From: Camelus ferus
Lineage: Eukaryota
DNA: 64,000 bases
Reading direction: 5' to 3'
Assembly (NCBI RefSeq): GCF_009834535.1
Contig: NC_045717.1
Location: forward strand, 15,500,001-15,564,000
Part shown: in pieces, positions 36,404 to 49,372 of the stretch
Layout: every line of letters begins with the position of its first letter
How positions within the stretch are numbered: position 1 is the stretch's first letter
The notes under the pieces: model-generated
Database searches by the model: none
The model's input: the letters and a program-made list of their open reading frames with translations, nothing else
Told to the model about the DNA's origin: nothing
Program-made: the position numbers and the translations under genes

Positions 36404-36484
36404 CTTTCCGATATCCCAGGGCCACGGCGAGGTCCATCGGGGTGTAGCCAGAGTCTGCCTCCGTGGTGAGATCAGCTCCTCGGG
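36404..36484 (-). CDS. RFXANK: RFXANK coding exon 7 (ankyrin repeat), 81 nt
   Basis: [27 protein letters not shown]; CAG/GTTGG. Confidence 0.96.
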
Positions 36485-36879
36485 CTGCAAAGCAGAGCAG
36501 GGCTACAGAGTGGGCTGGACCTGGGGACCGGGATCCTGGGTTGGGCATGGAGACCTGGATGGTCCTGTGATTACCACAATGCAGCCACAGGTCTGCCGGT
36601 TGCCTGTGTGGCCTTAGATGAGAGCCTAACTTCTCTGATGAACGTGGCCAATAGAATCTCCACCTCCAGGGTCTCTGAGGCAGGAGGGTGGGTGCTCAAC
36701 CCAGTCGGCCAAACCCCTGGGCTGTCCTACCACCTCCTGTCCCCTTATCAATCCTCTGGGGAAAGCAGGCAGTGACCACCCATCCCAAGAGCTGCTCAAG
36801 CAGAGCTCAAACCCATCCCTGGCCCTCAGTATCCCTGCAGGGCCCACTGGGGCTCTAAGGCCACTAGGGCCAGCCTCTA

Positions 36880-37062
<183 letters not shown>

Positions 37063-37164
37063 CTAGCTTCTCCTGTGGGTCTCAGCTTCTTCTAAGAAGC
37101 CCACCCTGACCTCCCTTGGCTGTACAGGTGGCCTCTGGGCTCTTGTAGCTAGCTGTCTTGCTTA

Positions 37165-37560
<396 letters not shown>

Positions 37561-37622
37561 TCAGCTGAGACCTTTGCCCGCCCTCAAGTCCCCAGGAAGC
37601 CCCCAGCCGTGCTGGGACGCAC

Positions 37623-37723
37623 CCACTCAAGCAAGAAGCGGACGGTCTCAATTTCTCCGAAGGCAGAGGCCCAGATGAGGGGGGTGAAGCCTCGCTCGTC
37701 CGGCTTGTTGATGAGGTTGTCGC
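37623..37723 (-). CDS. RFXANK: RFXANK coding exon 4 (ankyrin repeat), 101 nt
   Basis: [33 protein letters not shown]; CAG/GTGCG. Confidence 0.96.
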
Positions 37724-37979
37724 CTGGCAGGAGGGGGGGTGGTACCACTGGGATGCACCCCTGCCCACTCTCCCCAACGCTGCAGAAGTTGGGGTGGGGC
37801 AGGCGGCTGGGGTCAGACGTTGGGGGGGCATACATGTGGAGGCACATACGTGGACGCGCTCAAACACACAGACACAGGTACACGTGTGGAGACTCAGGTC
37901 ACGTCAGCACCCACATGCACACACCAGCCTGCGAGGTCATACAGGCATGGAGACACTGGCACATGCACATGGCACACAC

Positions 37980-38045
37980 CTTTCCTCAGATGCTCCTTCA
38001 GCTGGCTCAGCTCCCCCTGGGCCGCGAGCTGGTGGATGGAAAGGG
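37980..38045 (-). CDS. RFXANK: RFXANK coding exon 3, 66 nt
   Basis: [22 protein letters not shown]; CAG/GTGTG. Confidence 0.95.
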
Positions 38046-38149
38046 CTGGGGGCCAGAGAGAGGCAGAGTCCTCACCTGTCCCATCCCTGCTCCACACCTC
38101 AGTTTATTCCTGTCCAGAGTTGCTCCTCTCAGCCCCTGCCACCCCACTA

Positions 38150-38287
<138 letters not shown>

Positions 38288-38726
38288 TCAGGTTCCCCTC
38301 AGTATGTCTTGGGCTTCAGGCCAGACCCTAGGGGCTTGGAACTACCAAAGACAGCTTCTGACTCCACTATCCACTCACTCCACCCTCCCAGATACCCAGG
38401 GTATGTACTTCTCCGCGCCTGGCGAGGTTCTGCGCATACAAAAGGCCCTCAAGGGGCCCATGGACAAGCCGTGGAGTCAGACAGAAACAGAGAAACAGAA
38501 TGAAAGCTCAAGTTGAGATACACATTCAGGAGAAATGAAACGTAGGCAGAATGAGGTGGAAAGAAGGGAGGGCAGGGGGTGAGTCTCTTTGAGAGAATGT
38601 AGTCAGGGAGGGCCACGCCAAGGAGGTGACACCAACTGAGAGCTTGGCCAATTGAAGAAACCTGGGGAGAGGTGTGGGAAGACCATTCCACATGGAGGGA
38701 ACAGCAGGGACAAAGGCCCTGGGGGG

Positions 38727-38780
38727 ACTGAGTTAGACATGTTAGATTGAGTTAGACTCCAGTTAGACTGAGTTAGATTC
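38727..38780. repeat. ~10-bp degenerate tandem repeat (GAGTTAGACT)x5
   Basis: GTTAG at 38732, 38741, 38751, 38762, 38772. Confidence 0.8.
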
Positions 38781-38799
38781 CAATCAAAAGAAATCCTTG

Positions 38800-39375
38800 G
38801 GTCCCCAGTAAGTCAAACATAGAATTATCTGATTTGGCCATTCCACTCCTAGGCATCTACCCCAAAGAGTTGAAATCATGTTTTCAGACAAAAACATGTT
38901 CACAGCAGCACTATTCAGTCACTAAAAGGGGAACAATCCAAATGTCCATCAGCGGTTGAATGAACAAACTAAATGCGGTCCATCCACACTATGCAATATT
39001 ATTCAGCTATATAAGGGATGAAGCACTGACACTCTACAATGTGGGTGAACCTTGGAAACATCATGCTGAGTGAAAGAAGTCAGACAGGAAGGGCCACATG
39101 TTGTATGAACCCATTTATATGAAATATCCAGAAAAGGCAAATCCAGAGAGACAGAAAGTAGATTTCTGGTTGTCAAGGGCTGGAGGAGGTGAATGGGGAG
39201 TGACTGCTGAAGGGTCTGGGGTTTTTGTTTTGGGGTGATGGAAATGTTCTAGAACTACGAAGAGGTAGATGTTACACACCATTGTGAATGTACTTACTGC
39301 CATTGAATTATAAGCAATTCTGGTTAAAATGGTAACTTTTATGTTATATGGATTTTACCACAATAAAAAAAAAAC
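38800..39375 (+). mobile_element. L1 (L1MB-like) 3' fragment in a RFXANK intron
   Basis: ccattccactcctaggcatctaccccaaagag...gacagaaagtagatt...ttttaccacaataaaaaaa. Confidence 0.8.
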
Positions 39376-39494
39376 AAACAGATAAGCAATCCTTCACTGG
39401 GTGGAGAGGGACATAATGACAGAGGTCCCATCTTGGGTCTGAAATTCCACCATTCTTGCACCCCAGAGGCAGGAGTACAGGGGAAGTACCCTAC

Positions 39495-39681
39495 CCTGAG
39501 GTGAGGAGTTGCCAGCATCTGGTTCAGGATTCCCAGGCTCCGGGGTACAGGGGAAGAGACTGAGGACCACCGTGTCTGAGCCATCAGGGGCCTCATCCTG
39601 AGGGTCTTCAGGGTCCCCAAATTCTGGGGTGGAAGGCTGCTGGGTCAGGCTGAGATCCTCTGCAGGCTGGGTGGGCTCCAT
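39495..39681 (-). CDS. RFXANK: RFXANK first coding exon, coding part (exon starts at 39689); protein 259 aa
   Basis: [15 protein letters not shown]...[30 protein letters not shown]; GTAGG donor; summed CDS 780 nt. Confidence 0.95.
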
Positions 39682-39826
39682 GGGGGAAGCTGGTGTAAGG
39701 GCCAAACAGGGTGAGATAGCAATAATTATCAGCTCGTTAATTAGGCACTGACTGCATACTTTGGCCTTGCACAGTGAGTGTGGGTAAACTTGGACTCAGA
39801 AGCAAATTAAAACCAGAGTCCAACTG

Positions 39827-39946
39827 GGAAGGACATAGATCGGTGGTAGAGTGTATGCCTAGCATGCACAAGGTCCTGGGTTCAATCCCCAGTACCTCCA
39901 TTAAAAAGTTAATTAACCTAATCACCCCCCCAAAAAAAAAACCCAA
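39827..39946 (+). mobile_element. tRNA-Ala-derived SINE with 13-bp TSD, inserted just upstream of the RFXANK first coding exon
   Basis: CAGAGTCCAACTG at 39814-39826 and 39947-39959; B-box GGGTTCAATCCCC. Confidence 0.85.
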
Positions 39947-40329
39947 CAGAGTCCAACTGCTTCTCAGACCCACTCCTCCCCAGAGCACCATCAGAACATA
40001 TACAATATGTACTGCTTTAAAAGCCTTGGCTCTGTGGTCAGCCATCTGGGTCGAATCCTTCCACTTTTATAGCTGTGAAAACTCGGGCACATGACAATTT
40101 CTCTCAGCCTCAGTTTCTTCATTAATAAAATAGAGAAATAAGGCCTAAAAAATCATGTCTGTAAACATCATGTCTGCAGGAGGCCTGATACACGGACAGA
40201 ACTTAGTAAATGTTCGGTGTGGGGTTTTTTTTGGGAGAGGGTCGAAATCCCTGTTAATGAGTGAGGGCTCAACAAAGATGTGATTGGTTGCATCCCATCC
40301 GCCCCTCCCAAACCGATCGAGGAGGTCCA

Positions 40330-41520
40330 CTCACCTCTAACGAGCCTCCTTTGTCACCCCACGCCGCAATCCCGGGTCCCCCCAAACTTGGGGGCCCAAT
40401 TCACAAACTTTTCTATTCCAACTGATGTAGGGGGGAGCAAGATGGAGCCTGGACCCTCTGCGCCCTGGCTTCTTCTGCCCGGACAGAGAGCAACTTGATA
40501 CGCGACCGCTACCCCCACTCCAGAGTTCCCCCACTGCGCCTGCGCACCCAGCCCCACAAAAGTGCGGAAGGGCCGGAGCAGTAGGTGCTGCTTCTGGCCC
40601 TTTAAGGCTCGGGGGAGGGGCGTGGCTTCCGCTGGGGGCAATAGAAATGCAATTGCGCCTGCGCGTTCTTGTCCTAGTGGCTCCGGCGGGAGCCCAGTAG
40701 GTTCGGGGAGATGGGCGGGGCCTCAGAGAGCTCACTAGAGTTCACTGCGCTTGTCCTCCCTCACCTCCAGTTCGGCCCACAGATTTTTTTTTCAGGCAGA
40801 GCCACTCGGCTCCACCTTCGGAAACACGGGTCGGGCTTTCTCCAGTAGGAGGGCGGGAGGGAATTAGGTGGGGCGTCTGGGACTTAAAGGGGCGACACCA
40901 CTGCCGCCCCTGTCCATAACAATGTGCCCTCTGCGATCCTGGAGGCTCAGGAGCATGTGCAGGGATTTGATGGCAGCTGGAGGGGTACAAGAAGGGAGTT
41001 TATACGGCCTAAAGTGGGCAATATGTGGAGTGTTCCCCCAATTCGTCTGCCCCCGAAAAAGGTGTTCGTTAAGAGAGGGCGCCCTTTCCCGTCCCCCTCC
41101 TGAGTGTCCCTCCTGGAACTTCAAGGGGTCGCTGTCCTCTCTTTACCCACTTCCCAAGTGCCTCTTTCCCCAGTCTCTCACTCACGGACCCTCTTCTGTC
41201 TGGGTAGACGAAGGATCTGGGAAGGCGGGCCAATTAGCACAGGAACTGGAGAGGTGCGGAATCCAGTTTCGCAGGGAAGATTTAGGCAGTTGTCCCCACC
41301 TCCTGACTTCCGGTCCTGGTCGTCGGAACAAGGCCGTGGCCGCGATGGAGGAACCTGAGATGCAGCTCAAGGGGAAAAAAGGTGGTGCGGGGTGCCGAGC
41401 GGGGCGGAAGGGCGACCTGACTGGGGGCAGGAAGGAGCCAAGGCACGGAGGGAGAGCGTTCAGGGGGCAGTGGTTGAGCTGCTGCGGAATCCTGACTCGG
41501 CCGCTGACTAGTTTTGAAAC
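40330..41520. promoter_or_regulatory. Bidirectional CpG-island promoter shared by RFXANK (-) and BORCS8 (+)
   Basis: CpG-rich; ETS/GABPA motif ACTTCCGG at 41306-41313; NRF1-like GCGCCTGCGC near 40535 and 40655; candidate minus-strand donors for RFXANK UTR exons at 40334 and 41185. Confidence 0.8.
41345..41381 (+). CDS. BORCS8: BORCS8 (MEF2BNB) exon 1, coding part
   Basis: GCGATGG Kozak context; MEEPEMQLKGKK; G|GTGGTG donor. Confidence 0.95.
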
Positions 41521-42854
41521 CTTTAGAAAATCTCTGTGCCTCGATTTTGTCATCTGTAGAATGGGGAGTATAATAGGCTCCCTCCTCCCCACAATATTGT
41601 TGTGAGAATTCAGTTACCTGATATTTGTAAAGCATTGGAAGAACGTTTGGGGTGTGGCAATTGCTATGTGTATGGTTTCCCTTGTATTTACGCATTTGTG
41701 TGTTTACGTTGACTTATCCAATATGACCGAGTTACAAGTTACAAAATGCCACAAGCTATTTTTAAAGTATAAATGTTTTTGTTACTGTATTATATACGTT
41801 TTTACTAGTTAATTATTTAGAAGTCACAAGTACATTTAATTGAGGCCTGCGCAGGTCCCAACCTGTTGGTGGTTTGGGGTTGCTATCTGCCTCATAAAGC
41901 AAAGTAGAGGATTTGTCTTCTGGGAAGACATAGTCGTCTTCTCCACTGATAAAACCTCTCACATAGTTGGCTTTGGCATCTTCCAGGAAGAGAAGTTCGA
42001 GATTGAGGCTTCACGTGTATGGGTTTTCAGTTGAGATAGAGGAGACAGTGGTTATAACCAGAACGTCCAGAGTGGGTTATAGTTACCTCCAGAGCTTGTC
42101 ACTGTTAACCCAGCTTGGGCTTCATGACAATCATAGAAGTGGATTCCTTAATAATAATATAATAACAACAACAACAACAATCATAATAATAGCTATTATT
42201 ATTATTTCCAAAAAAAAGTCACAAGTACATTTAACTCCACATTCTCCATAATGACACTGTGAAATGTAAGCTATTAGTACTACACTCACTTTCAAAATGA
42301 GGAGGCCTAAGAGAGTAAGAGGACAGAGTTTGGAGGTGACGGGCTGGGCTCTGCCCAACTCAGGGCACAGTGGTACACTGGACACATCTAAACTGGGCAG
42401 ACTCATGCACAGCCTCTCTTGACTCCCAGACACATGTGGGTTCTTTCCCTCACCAACCACAATGCCCTGGGCAGTAGTGTGGGTCCATCTCTGTAGCAGA
42501 CCTTGAGGTGGGTACAGTTATCATTCCATATTTACAGATGAGGAAACTGAGGCTCAGCAAAGCCCCTGCCCTCACAAATGAAGTTTTAGGTAAACATGTA
42601 ACCTAACAAAGAATGAGAATTTAAGTATAAGGGAAATGAACAAAGTGCTGAGGTTGAGAATGAAGTTGAAGGGACATCTGATTGATTAAGCTTGGTAATT
42701 AGGGAAGACTTTACCCAGGAGGTGACATTTGAGCTGAGACATGAGGGGTGAGGAGAAACGAGGGGGTGGTGGGGGCAATGTCAGTGGTGGGAACAACAGG
42801 TATAAAGGTCCTGAGGTGGCAGAGTGTTCAGAACTGTGCCACAATACACTGGCT

Positions 42855-43050
42855 ACTGGTCACTGTGCTTATGCATATTTATGTTAATTTAAATTAGGTA
42901 GAATTTAAAATTCGGATTCTGAGTCACGTCAGTGACCCAGTGAGCACATTTCAAGTGCTCAGTAGCCATATATGGCTACCATATTGGACAGTAAAGATTA
43001 TAGAACCTTCCCATCATCTCAGAAAGTTCTTGGACACTGCTGAGAGTGTA
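42855..43050 (-). mobile_element. MER3-like DNA transposon within an L2 fragment
   Basis: cacatttcaagtgctcagtagcc...accatattggacag...agaaagttcttggacactgctg. Confidence 0.7.
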
Positions 43051-43434
43051 AGGAACAAGCAGGAGGTCATTGTGCCTGGGGCAGAGGTGGGCAACAGCAG
43101 GCAAGACATATAGGGCCTTCTGGGCCATGTTAAGGAAGGCAGATTTAATTCTCAGGCTGCTGGGAGTCATGGGAGTGTTTCAAGCAGAGGAGAGACATAT
43201 CTAATATGTTTATTAGGAGCTCATTCCATCTGTTTCGTGAGGATTGGATTGTTGACAGGTGGGGAAGCAGGGAGACCAGGGAGGAGCTGAGTTTGCCATC
43301 TCAGTGGGACAGGCTACACCTAGATCAGTGGGGTCAGAGCAGTGGTAAGAATGAGTGAGTTTGGGGCTTTGTTTTGTGACTCAGCAAGCAGGATCTGCTC
43401 ATTGGTGGGGTAGGATGGGCGGGGACAACCAGCT

Positions 43435-43770
43435 AGCTGCTGTTTGTTGAAGCAGACCCTGGGATGAGGATTTGTGTGCGATTAACTTACCAAGAGAACC
43501 CCACAGAGGAGAAGGGGAGACAAAACAGGGCCAGGGAAGAGGCTAAGCAAGGAATGACCTCAGGTAAATCGCACAGAGGGAGGCCTCAGCCTGTTCCCTC
43601 AGGGGTGCTCACAGGTATGAGTTGTGCCTCTGAGATGTTCCAGCACACAGGACGGGACATGGGTTTTCATACCCCTCGGTGGTTAGTCATGGCTGAGAGC
43701 CATCCATGGGTGTCAACTTTCTGTCACTTTTGGGTCCAGTAGCCAGTGGGCATCCTCTGAAGAAGAATCT
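43435..43770. mobile_element. MLT1-type MaLR LTR
   Basis: gaagcagaccctgggatgaggatttgtgtgc...ggggagacaaaacagggccagggaagagg. Confidence 0.55.
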
Positions 43771-44093
43771 TGGAATTTTGTCACTGGGGTAAAGAGAATG
43801 TGAATGGATACAAGTGGGTGGCAGCAGTGTCCACTACAAGTGGGTTTGGGAAGGGAAAGATCATGAGTTCACTGGACAGGTTGATGTCCTCAAGACTGAG
43901 GCCCTGCTGTGACCAACTCCCACAACGCATCACCTGGGCCACAGGTGACCCAGCTGCTGGGAGGGACACTGGACTCTTCTCTACTCTAGCTGGACTCATG
44001 AGCAATCAGGAGTCTGATGTTTTGTCTCCTTGTCCCTCTTTTTCTCCCCCACCCCCCACCCCCCATTTTGCCAACTGTCGATCCTGGACCCAG

Positions 44094-44206
44094 TCACAGA
44101 CAAATTCACTGAGAGCATCTATGTCCTGGCCAACGAGCCATCCGTGGCCCTGTACCGGCTGCAGGAGCACGTGCGACGCTCTCTGCCTGAGCTGGCCCAG
44201 CATAAG
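44094..44206 (+). CDS. BORCS8: BORCS8 exon 2, 113 nt
   Basis: VTDKFTESIYVLANEPSVALYRLQEHVRRSLPELAQHK; CAG/GTGAG. Confidence 0.96.
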
Positions 44207-44680
44207 GTGAGCCCTACTCCCAATGTCTCCCAAGGTCTGCACCTTGTGGCCTGGGGCCTGCTGTGTGGAGCAGGGGCTGTTGGTTTAGCAGTCAAGGCTG
44301 GGACACCAGTGTCAGGGAACATGGTCACTGACCCAGGTTGGAGCTGGGTGGAAAGAGCTGGGGCAGATTTGGAAGAAGAGAACAGCAGGGTCTGCATCAG
44401 TTGTGACCTGTGTGGTGAGGAGGAGGCAGCCATATGAGGACCCAAGGGGAGGATGTGCCAGGAAAAGGAAATAGCCTGTGTGAAGGCCCTGAGGCATAGT
44501 TGCCATGTGTTCCTGGAAAGCCCAGACTGGTAAGGGATGGGAGTTTGAGGAGGAAAGATCAGGGGCTGGAGGGGACCGGTCTCTATAGCCATGGTGACTG
44601 GTGATCAGATGTGCCCTCCCAGAGAGCTGGGAGGATGGAAGTAGCAGCCACCCCTGCTAACAGCCCCCTCACCCCAACAG

Positions 44681-44745
44681 GCTGACATGCAGCGGTGGGA
44701 GGAGCAGAGCCAGGGAGCCATCTACACAGTGGAGTATGCCTGCAG
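44681..44745 (+). CDS. BORCS8: BORCS8 exon 3, 65 nt
   Basis: Manual translation ADMQRWEEQSQGAIYTVEYAC; CAG/GTGAG. Confidence 0.96.
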
Positions 44746-46284
44746 GTGAGCCCCACAGCCTCCCCACTGCCAGGGTTGCCCTGTTATGCCCTGGGGTCAC
44801 CTCCTGCGCCTGCAGGGGCATCTCAGCCCACTGCCCTGTCAGCCTCCCCTGCCGAACCCATCTGAGTAGAGGCATATGGATCTGGACTCACTTGGCCACA
44901 GGGCAGGTTCCAGCCCAGACTTGAGCTTCTCACCGTTTGACCCCCATGTGCCTGGGGCAGGCTTCTTTCTGGCACTCAGTCCTTCCCCATCTGTCATAGG
45001 AGGGGGAGGTGATAAGGATTCCGGGAGATGCCACCTGGGCAGGAAGCCGGTGCCTCGAGGGGCCAGCGTTTCCCACTGACAGTGAAGACCACAGACTGGC
45101 CAGGGGCGTGGATGGCAGCTGGTCGGGCCAAAACCCGAATATGACTGTTTATTTTTAAATTTTTATTTCTTTCCAATTTCTTGTGTTTTGGTAAGATGCA
45201 CATAGCATAAANNNNNNNNNNNNNNNNNNNNNNNNNNNNNNNNNNNNNNNNNNNNNNNNNNNNNNNNNNNNNNNNNNNNNNNNNNNNNNNNNNNNNNNNN
45301 NNNNNNNNNNNNNNNNNNNNNNNNNNNNNNNNNNNNNNNNNNNNNNNNNNNNNNNNNNNNNNNNNNNNNNNNNNNNNTGGCACCCTCCATTCTGCTTTCT
45401 GTCTAAGAATCTGATAATTCTAGGCACCTCACATAAGTGGAATCNNNNNNNNNNNNNNNNNNNNNNNNNNNNNNNNNNNNNNNNNNNNNNNNNNNNNNNN
45501 NNNNNNNNNNNNNNNNNNNNNNNNNNNNNNNNNNNNNNNNNNNNNNNNNNNNNNNNNNNNNNNNNNNNNNNNNNNNNNNNNNNNNNNNNNNNNNNNNNNN
45601 NNNNNNNNNNNNNNNNNNNNNNNNNNNNNNNNNNNNNNNNNNNNNNNNNNNNNNNNNNNNNNNNNNNNNNNNNNTTATTTTTGCTGATTTAACTTTCTCT
45701 AGATATTCAGATATTTTTTCTTAACCCCAAGTGAAAGTTGTGCCTGAGAATAAAAAGCAGTAGTTGGTATTTCTCTCCATCAGAGCAGCTTTGCCGGCCT
45801 CGCCTCCTGTGATTCTGTTGGTTCCCCATGATTGTATTTCATGCTCTGGCTCATTCTGTTTGCTTTGGGAGTTTGGTGACTTTACTTAGAAGTGTTGTTG
45901 GCCCCGGTACAGGCTGTGGATTGTTTTGGTGGAGACTGGACACTCCCTAGCAGTTCTTGTGTGTGGTGCTGTGGGGTTTGCTTGCCTGTTTGTTGTGTGG
46001 TCGAAGGTCCCTTGACAGGAAGTCCTGCTTCTGGGGGCACTGAGCTGAGTTCTACCATCAGCAGCCTTGGCCTCTCCACTGGGATGGGAAGGTGACCCAG
46101 ACAGATGACATCTTCCTGAGGGTGGTGGTCGCAGACACCTACCTTATAGCTCAAGAAAGAGAGAAAAGAAAGGGGAGTTTCTCTGGCAGCTCCCAGAAAG
46201 CCAAGGGCTCATCAGAAAGGCCCACGTTCAAGGAAGAACAGATCGAAGTCTATACTTCGTCCCAGTTCGTCTAGCCTCATTGTC

Positions 46285-46460
46285 CGGTACAAGAGCCCTG
46301 GCCCCAGGTGGCTGTTCACACTTAAATTGTAATGCATAAAAATGAAATAAAATGAAAGATTCAGCTCCTCAGTCTCACTAGCCACCTTTCAGGTGCTTAG
46401 AGCAACTTCAGTGGATAAAGGATTTGTCCATCATTTGTTCCACTGGACTGCCCTGGGCCA
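46285..46460 (-). mobile_element. MER3-like DNA transposon, degenerate
   Basis: ctcctcagtctcactagccacctttcaggtgct. Confidence 0.6.
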
Positions 46461-46607
46461 GGCAGAGGGCCAGTGTCCTCGCAGCACTTCTCTTTAGTGA
46501 GATGTAAATTTCTCTAATGCTGAAAGACTGTATTTCCTCTACAGACATGAAAGCACCCTTTTAGTTGTTTGAAATGCTTTAATGGTTGGTGTAGAACTGA
46601 AAGATGT

Positions 46608-46716
46608 GAAGGGAGGTTGTAGCTTAGTGGTAGAGCTCACACTTAGCATGACCAACGTTCTGGGCTCAATCCCCAGTACTTCCATTTAAAAAAAAAATTA
46701 AAATTTAAAAAATAAT
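46608..46716 (+). mobile_element. tRNA-Ala-derived SINE with 11-bp TSD
   Basis: CTGAAAGATGT at 46597-46607 and 46717-46727; degenerate A/B boxes; A tail. Confidence 0.8.
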
Positions 46717-47149
46717 CTGAAAGATGTTAAAATGGCATATTGGTAGGGGTGAACTATTCAATAGTGAGCTGTAATAATGAATCTGTTACTATTCAATGGT
46801 AACATAAGTTAGACAGCTTTTTATCAAGGTGAACAGACACTAGAAAAGCTGACCCTGTTTGCTGGTGTCAGATGAGTTTGTCAACAGAGCAGGTGACAAC
46901 CAAGCTCCCCCTCTTTGATCTCATGGCCATTTTCAAGCAGGTCCCTGACTGGTAATAAATGGGAGTGATTTCTTTGTCTTTAATAGAAGGACTTTAAAAC
47001 CACCCTTTTATTTTTACTGCAGGTATCATTGCACAGGCAGCTTTCTGACGTTAGCAAGGCCAGAGTGGCTTGGTGAATATTTTCCTGTAGTGCTGTTAGG
47101 AGGGGCACTTTCCTTCTTTTCTTTTCTTTTTTTTTTCTTTTTTCATTTT

Positions 47150-47390
47150 AAAAAAATTTTTTTTAAATTGAAGTATAGTTGATTTACAATATTACATTAG
47201 TTTCTGGTGTACAGCCTAGTGATTCAGTTATATATATATACTTTTGCATATTCTTTTTCATTACAGGTTACTACAGCCCATTGACTATAGCTTCCTGTGC
47301 TGCATAGTAGAACCTTGTTTCTCAATTCTGTACATAGTAGTTTGTGTCTGCCAGTCCCATACTCCCAGTTTATCCCTTCTTCCCCATAAC
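47150..47390 (-). mobile_element. Laurasiatherian/artiodactyl L1 3' end
   Basis: aattgaagtatagttgatttacaatattacattagtttctggtgtacagc; same family as 9365-9575. Confidence 0.75.
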
Positions 47391-47817
47391 CGGAGCATTT
47401 TCGTTAGACATTCATCAGTGTGGTACCAACACCAGAGCTTAGCACAGCTTTGTGGTAGCGCCTCTCAAATGGTGATGAGTCTAAACTCACCTCTTAGAGC
47501 TTTTCACAGTTGAGTTGACAGGCTTCCTTCAGGGGCAGGAATAGGTGACCTGAGGAAAGTAAGATTTTTTTAGGTCGTCTTTGTACGTTTACGGCTCCTT
47601 CAAAGCTTTAGATGGTCTAGCAGCCTCAGCGTGGAAGTTGCGTGTTGCCATTGAGTGCTCTGTCACATAGGGAAACTAAACTTTTGGCCCACGATGAGCG
47701 TTGAGGGAAGCCCATGGACTCCCCAGGTGCTTGACACACACCGGTGCGGGCGTCCATGGAGCTCTGGCTCTGGGGTGAAGCAGCATGGCGCCAACTGAGT
47801 CCATCCTCCCATTTCAG

Positions 47818-47928
47818 TGCTGTGAAGAACCTTGTCGACAGCAGCGTCTACTTCCGCAGCGTGGAGGGTCTCCTCAAACAGGCCATCAACATCCGAGACC
47901 ACATGAACGCCACAGCCCAGGGCCACAG
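47818..47928 (+). CDS. BORCS8: BORCS8 exon 4, 111 nt
   Basis: SAVKNLVDSSVYFRSVEGLLKQAINIRDHMNATAQGH; CAG/GTAGC. Confidence 0.96.
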
Positions 47929-49338
47929 GTAGCTCCCGGGACCACCCTCCCCTGCTGCTCTCAGCCTCCTTGCTGTCAGGACCTCCGCTGCTCAGCCAGG
48001 AATTGCCACTGCTCGCTCCTTAGACAACTCCCTTTCTTCGCCTCACGGTGTCTCGTGACTTCCTCTTGCCCTTTGGCGTCTGTAGCAGGAGAGTTCAGTC
48101 TCTCAGCACCCAGCTCCTGAGCTCTGCCGGGTGCCTGGCCCTGGGCTGGGTGCCGGGGACATGGCAGCGACCAAGACAGGTGTGCCCATGGTCTCACAGG
48201 GAGACGCACAGCAACCAGGTAAACACGGAACAGACAACATTTCAGACGTGCGTAAAGGAAGAGGGCTGCGGGGGTCTCTCTGAGGAAGTGACAGAGGTGT
48301 GAGCAGAGGCTTGAATGACATGTGGGCAGAGGTGACCCAGGGTCGGTGTTCCAGGCACTGTGGTGGCAGGGGCAGAAGCCCTAGGCCTGGTGAGCTGGGT
48401 GTGGCTGGAGTGGGTGCACAAGGGGGAGGCGAGGTAAGGGAGTTGGGCGGGGCCTTGAAGGCAGCAAGGAGGCTGCCCAGAGCTGAAAGAGGCTTTGAGC
48501 CAATGACCAGATGGTCTAGAAATCAAAAGTATTTATAATTCTTGCGACTGGGGAGAGAGATTTTGGAGAAGTAGATCTTTTTGGTCTTGTTTTCATTGTA
48601 ACTTAATAAACATGCATTTGTGCATACATGCACATGCTGTAAGCCTTGAGATGTGTCTGGCCCTGCAGTTTCGGGTTCTGGCATGCCTGTCCCCGACCAG
48701 GCATTTAGAAAGAAAAAAAACCCCTCTGTGTTGCTATTTGTGATAACCAAGACACAAGAATCATCAAAAACAAAAAAGCCTTGTGAATGTGTAAGAATGG
48801 ATGTGTGGTGACCTGCACATGAGGGTGGCATGAAGAGGGATTCACCTGGGATCATTTGCACCAAATAACCAACTGGCTCTGGCTGCTCGGCCCCAGGCTG
48901 GTGACAGCCATTAGGACTGGAGTTCACTATGTAAAGCGCTTTGCACAGCACACCCCTACACACAGTAGGTCCTCGAAAACCATAGCCTTTACTTTCAACT
49001 CAGTTTCCCAAGTGCTTCCAAAAAGCCCTCCTTGTGCCTGCTGTTGTGAAAATACGTGCTTCTGAAAGACACTAGTGGCAGCCTGAGTAGTAGCTGTTTA
49101 CCTGCTAAGACCTCTCTTTGCAAGTCCTGGGAGTTTGAAGCCCCCAGTCCTACGTGAGTACCAGCCATGACCTCTGAAAGTGGGTGGCTGGTCCCATTTT
49201 TACAGAGGCTGCCCTGAAGGCTCAGGCCAGGGGTCTTGGGGGACTGGAGCACGACCCCAATGTGCAGTCCAGGCTAGCCGAGCAGGCCTCGGGGCCTCTG
49301 ACCTCAGTCTCATGGACACTGCACATGTTTTGTTCCAG

Positions 49339-49372
49339 CCCTGAGGAACTGCCCCCGCCCTCCTCGGCCTGA
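49339..49372 (+). CDS. BORCS8: BORCS8 exon 5, coding part (exon probably continues to a donor after 49414); protein 119 aa
   Basis: SPEELPPPSSA*; CAG acceptor; summed CDS 360 nt; CCCAG|GTCAGT 42 nt after the stop. Confidence 0.93.

Noticed and set aside
40868-41605. 245-aa ORF containing MEEPEMQLKGKK as an N-terminally extended BORCS8
   Set aside because: It begins far upstream of the likely TSS, in CpG-island sequence where long ORFs are expected; the ATG at 41345 has good Kozak context
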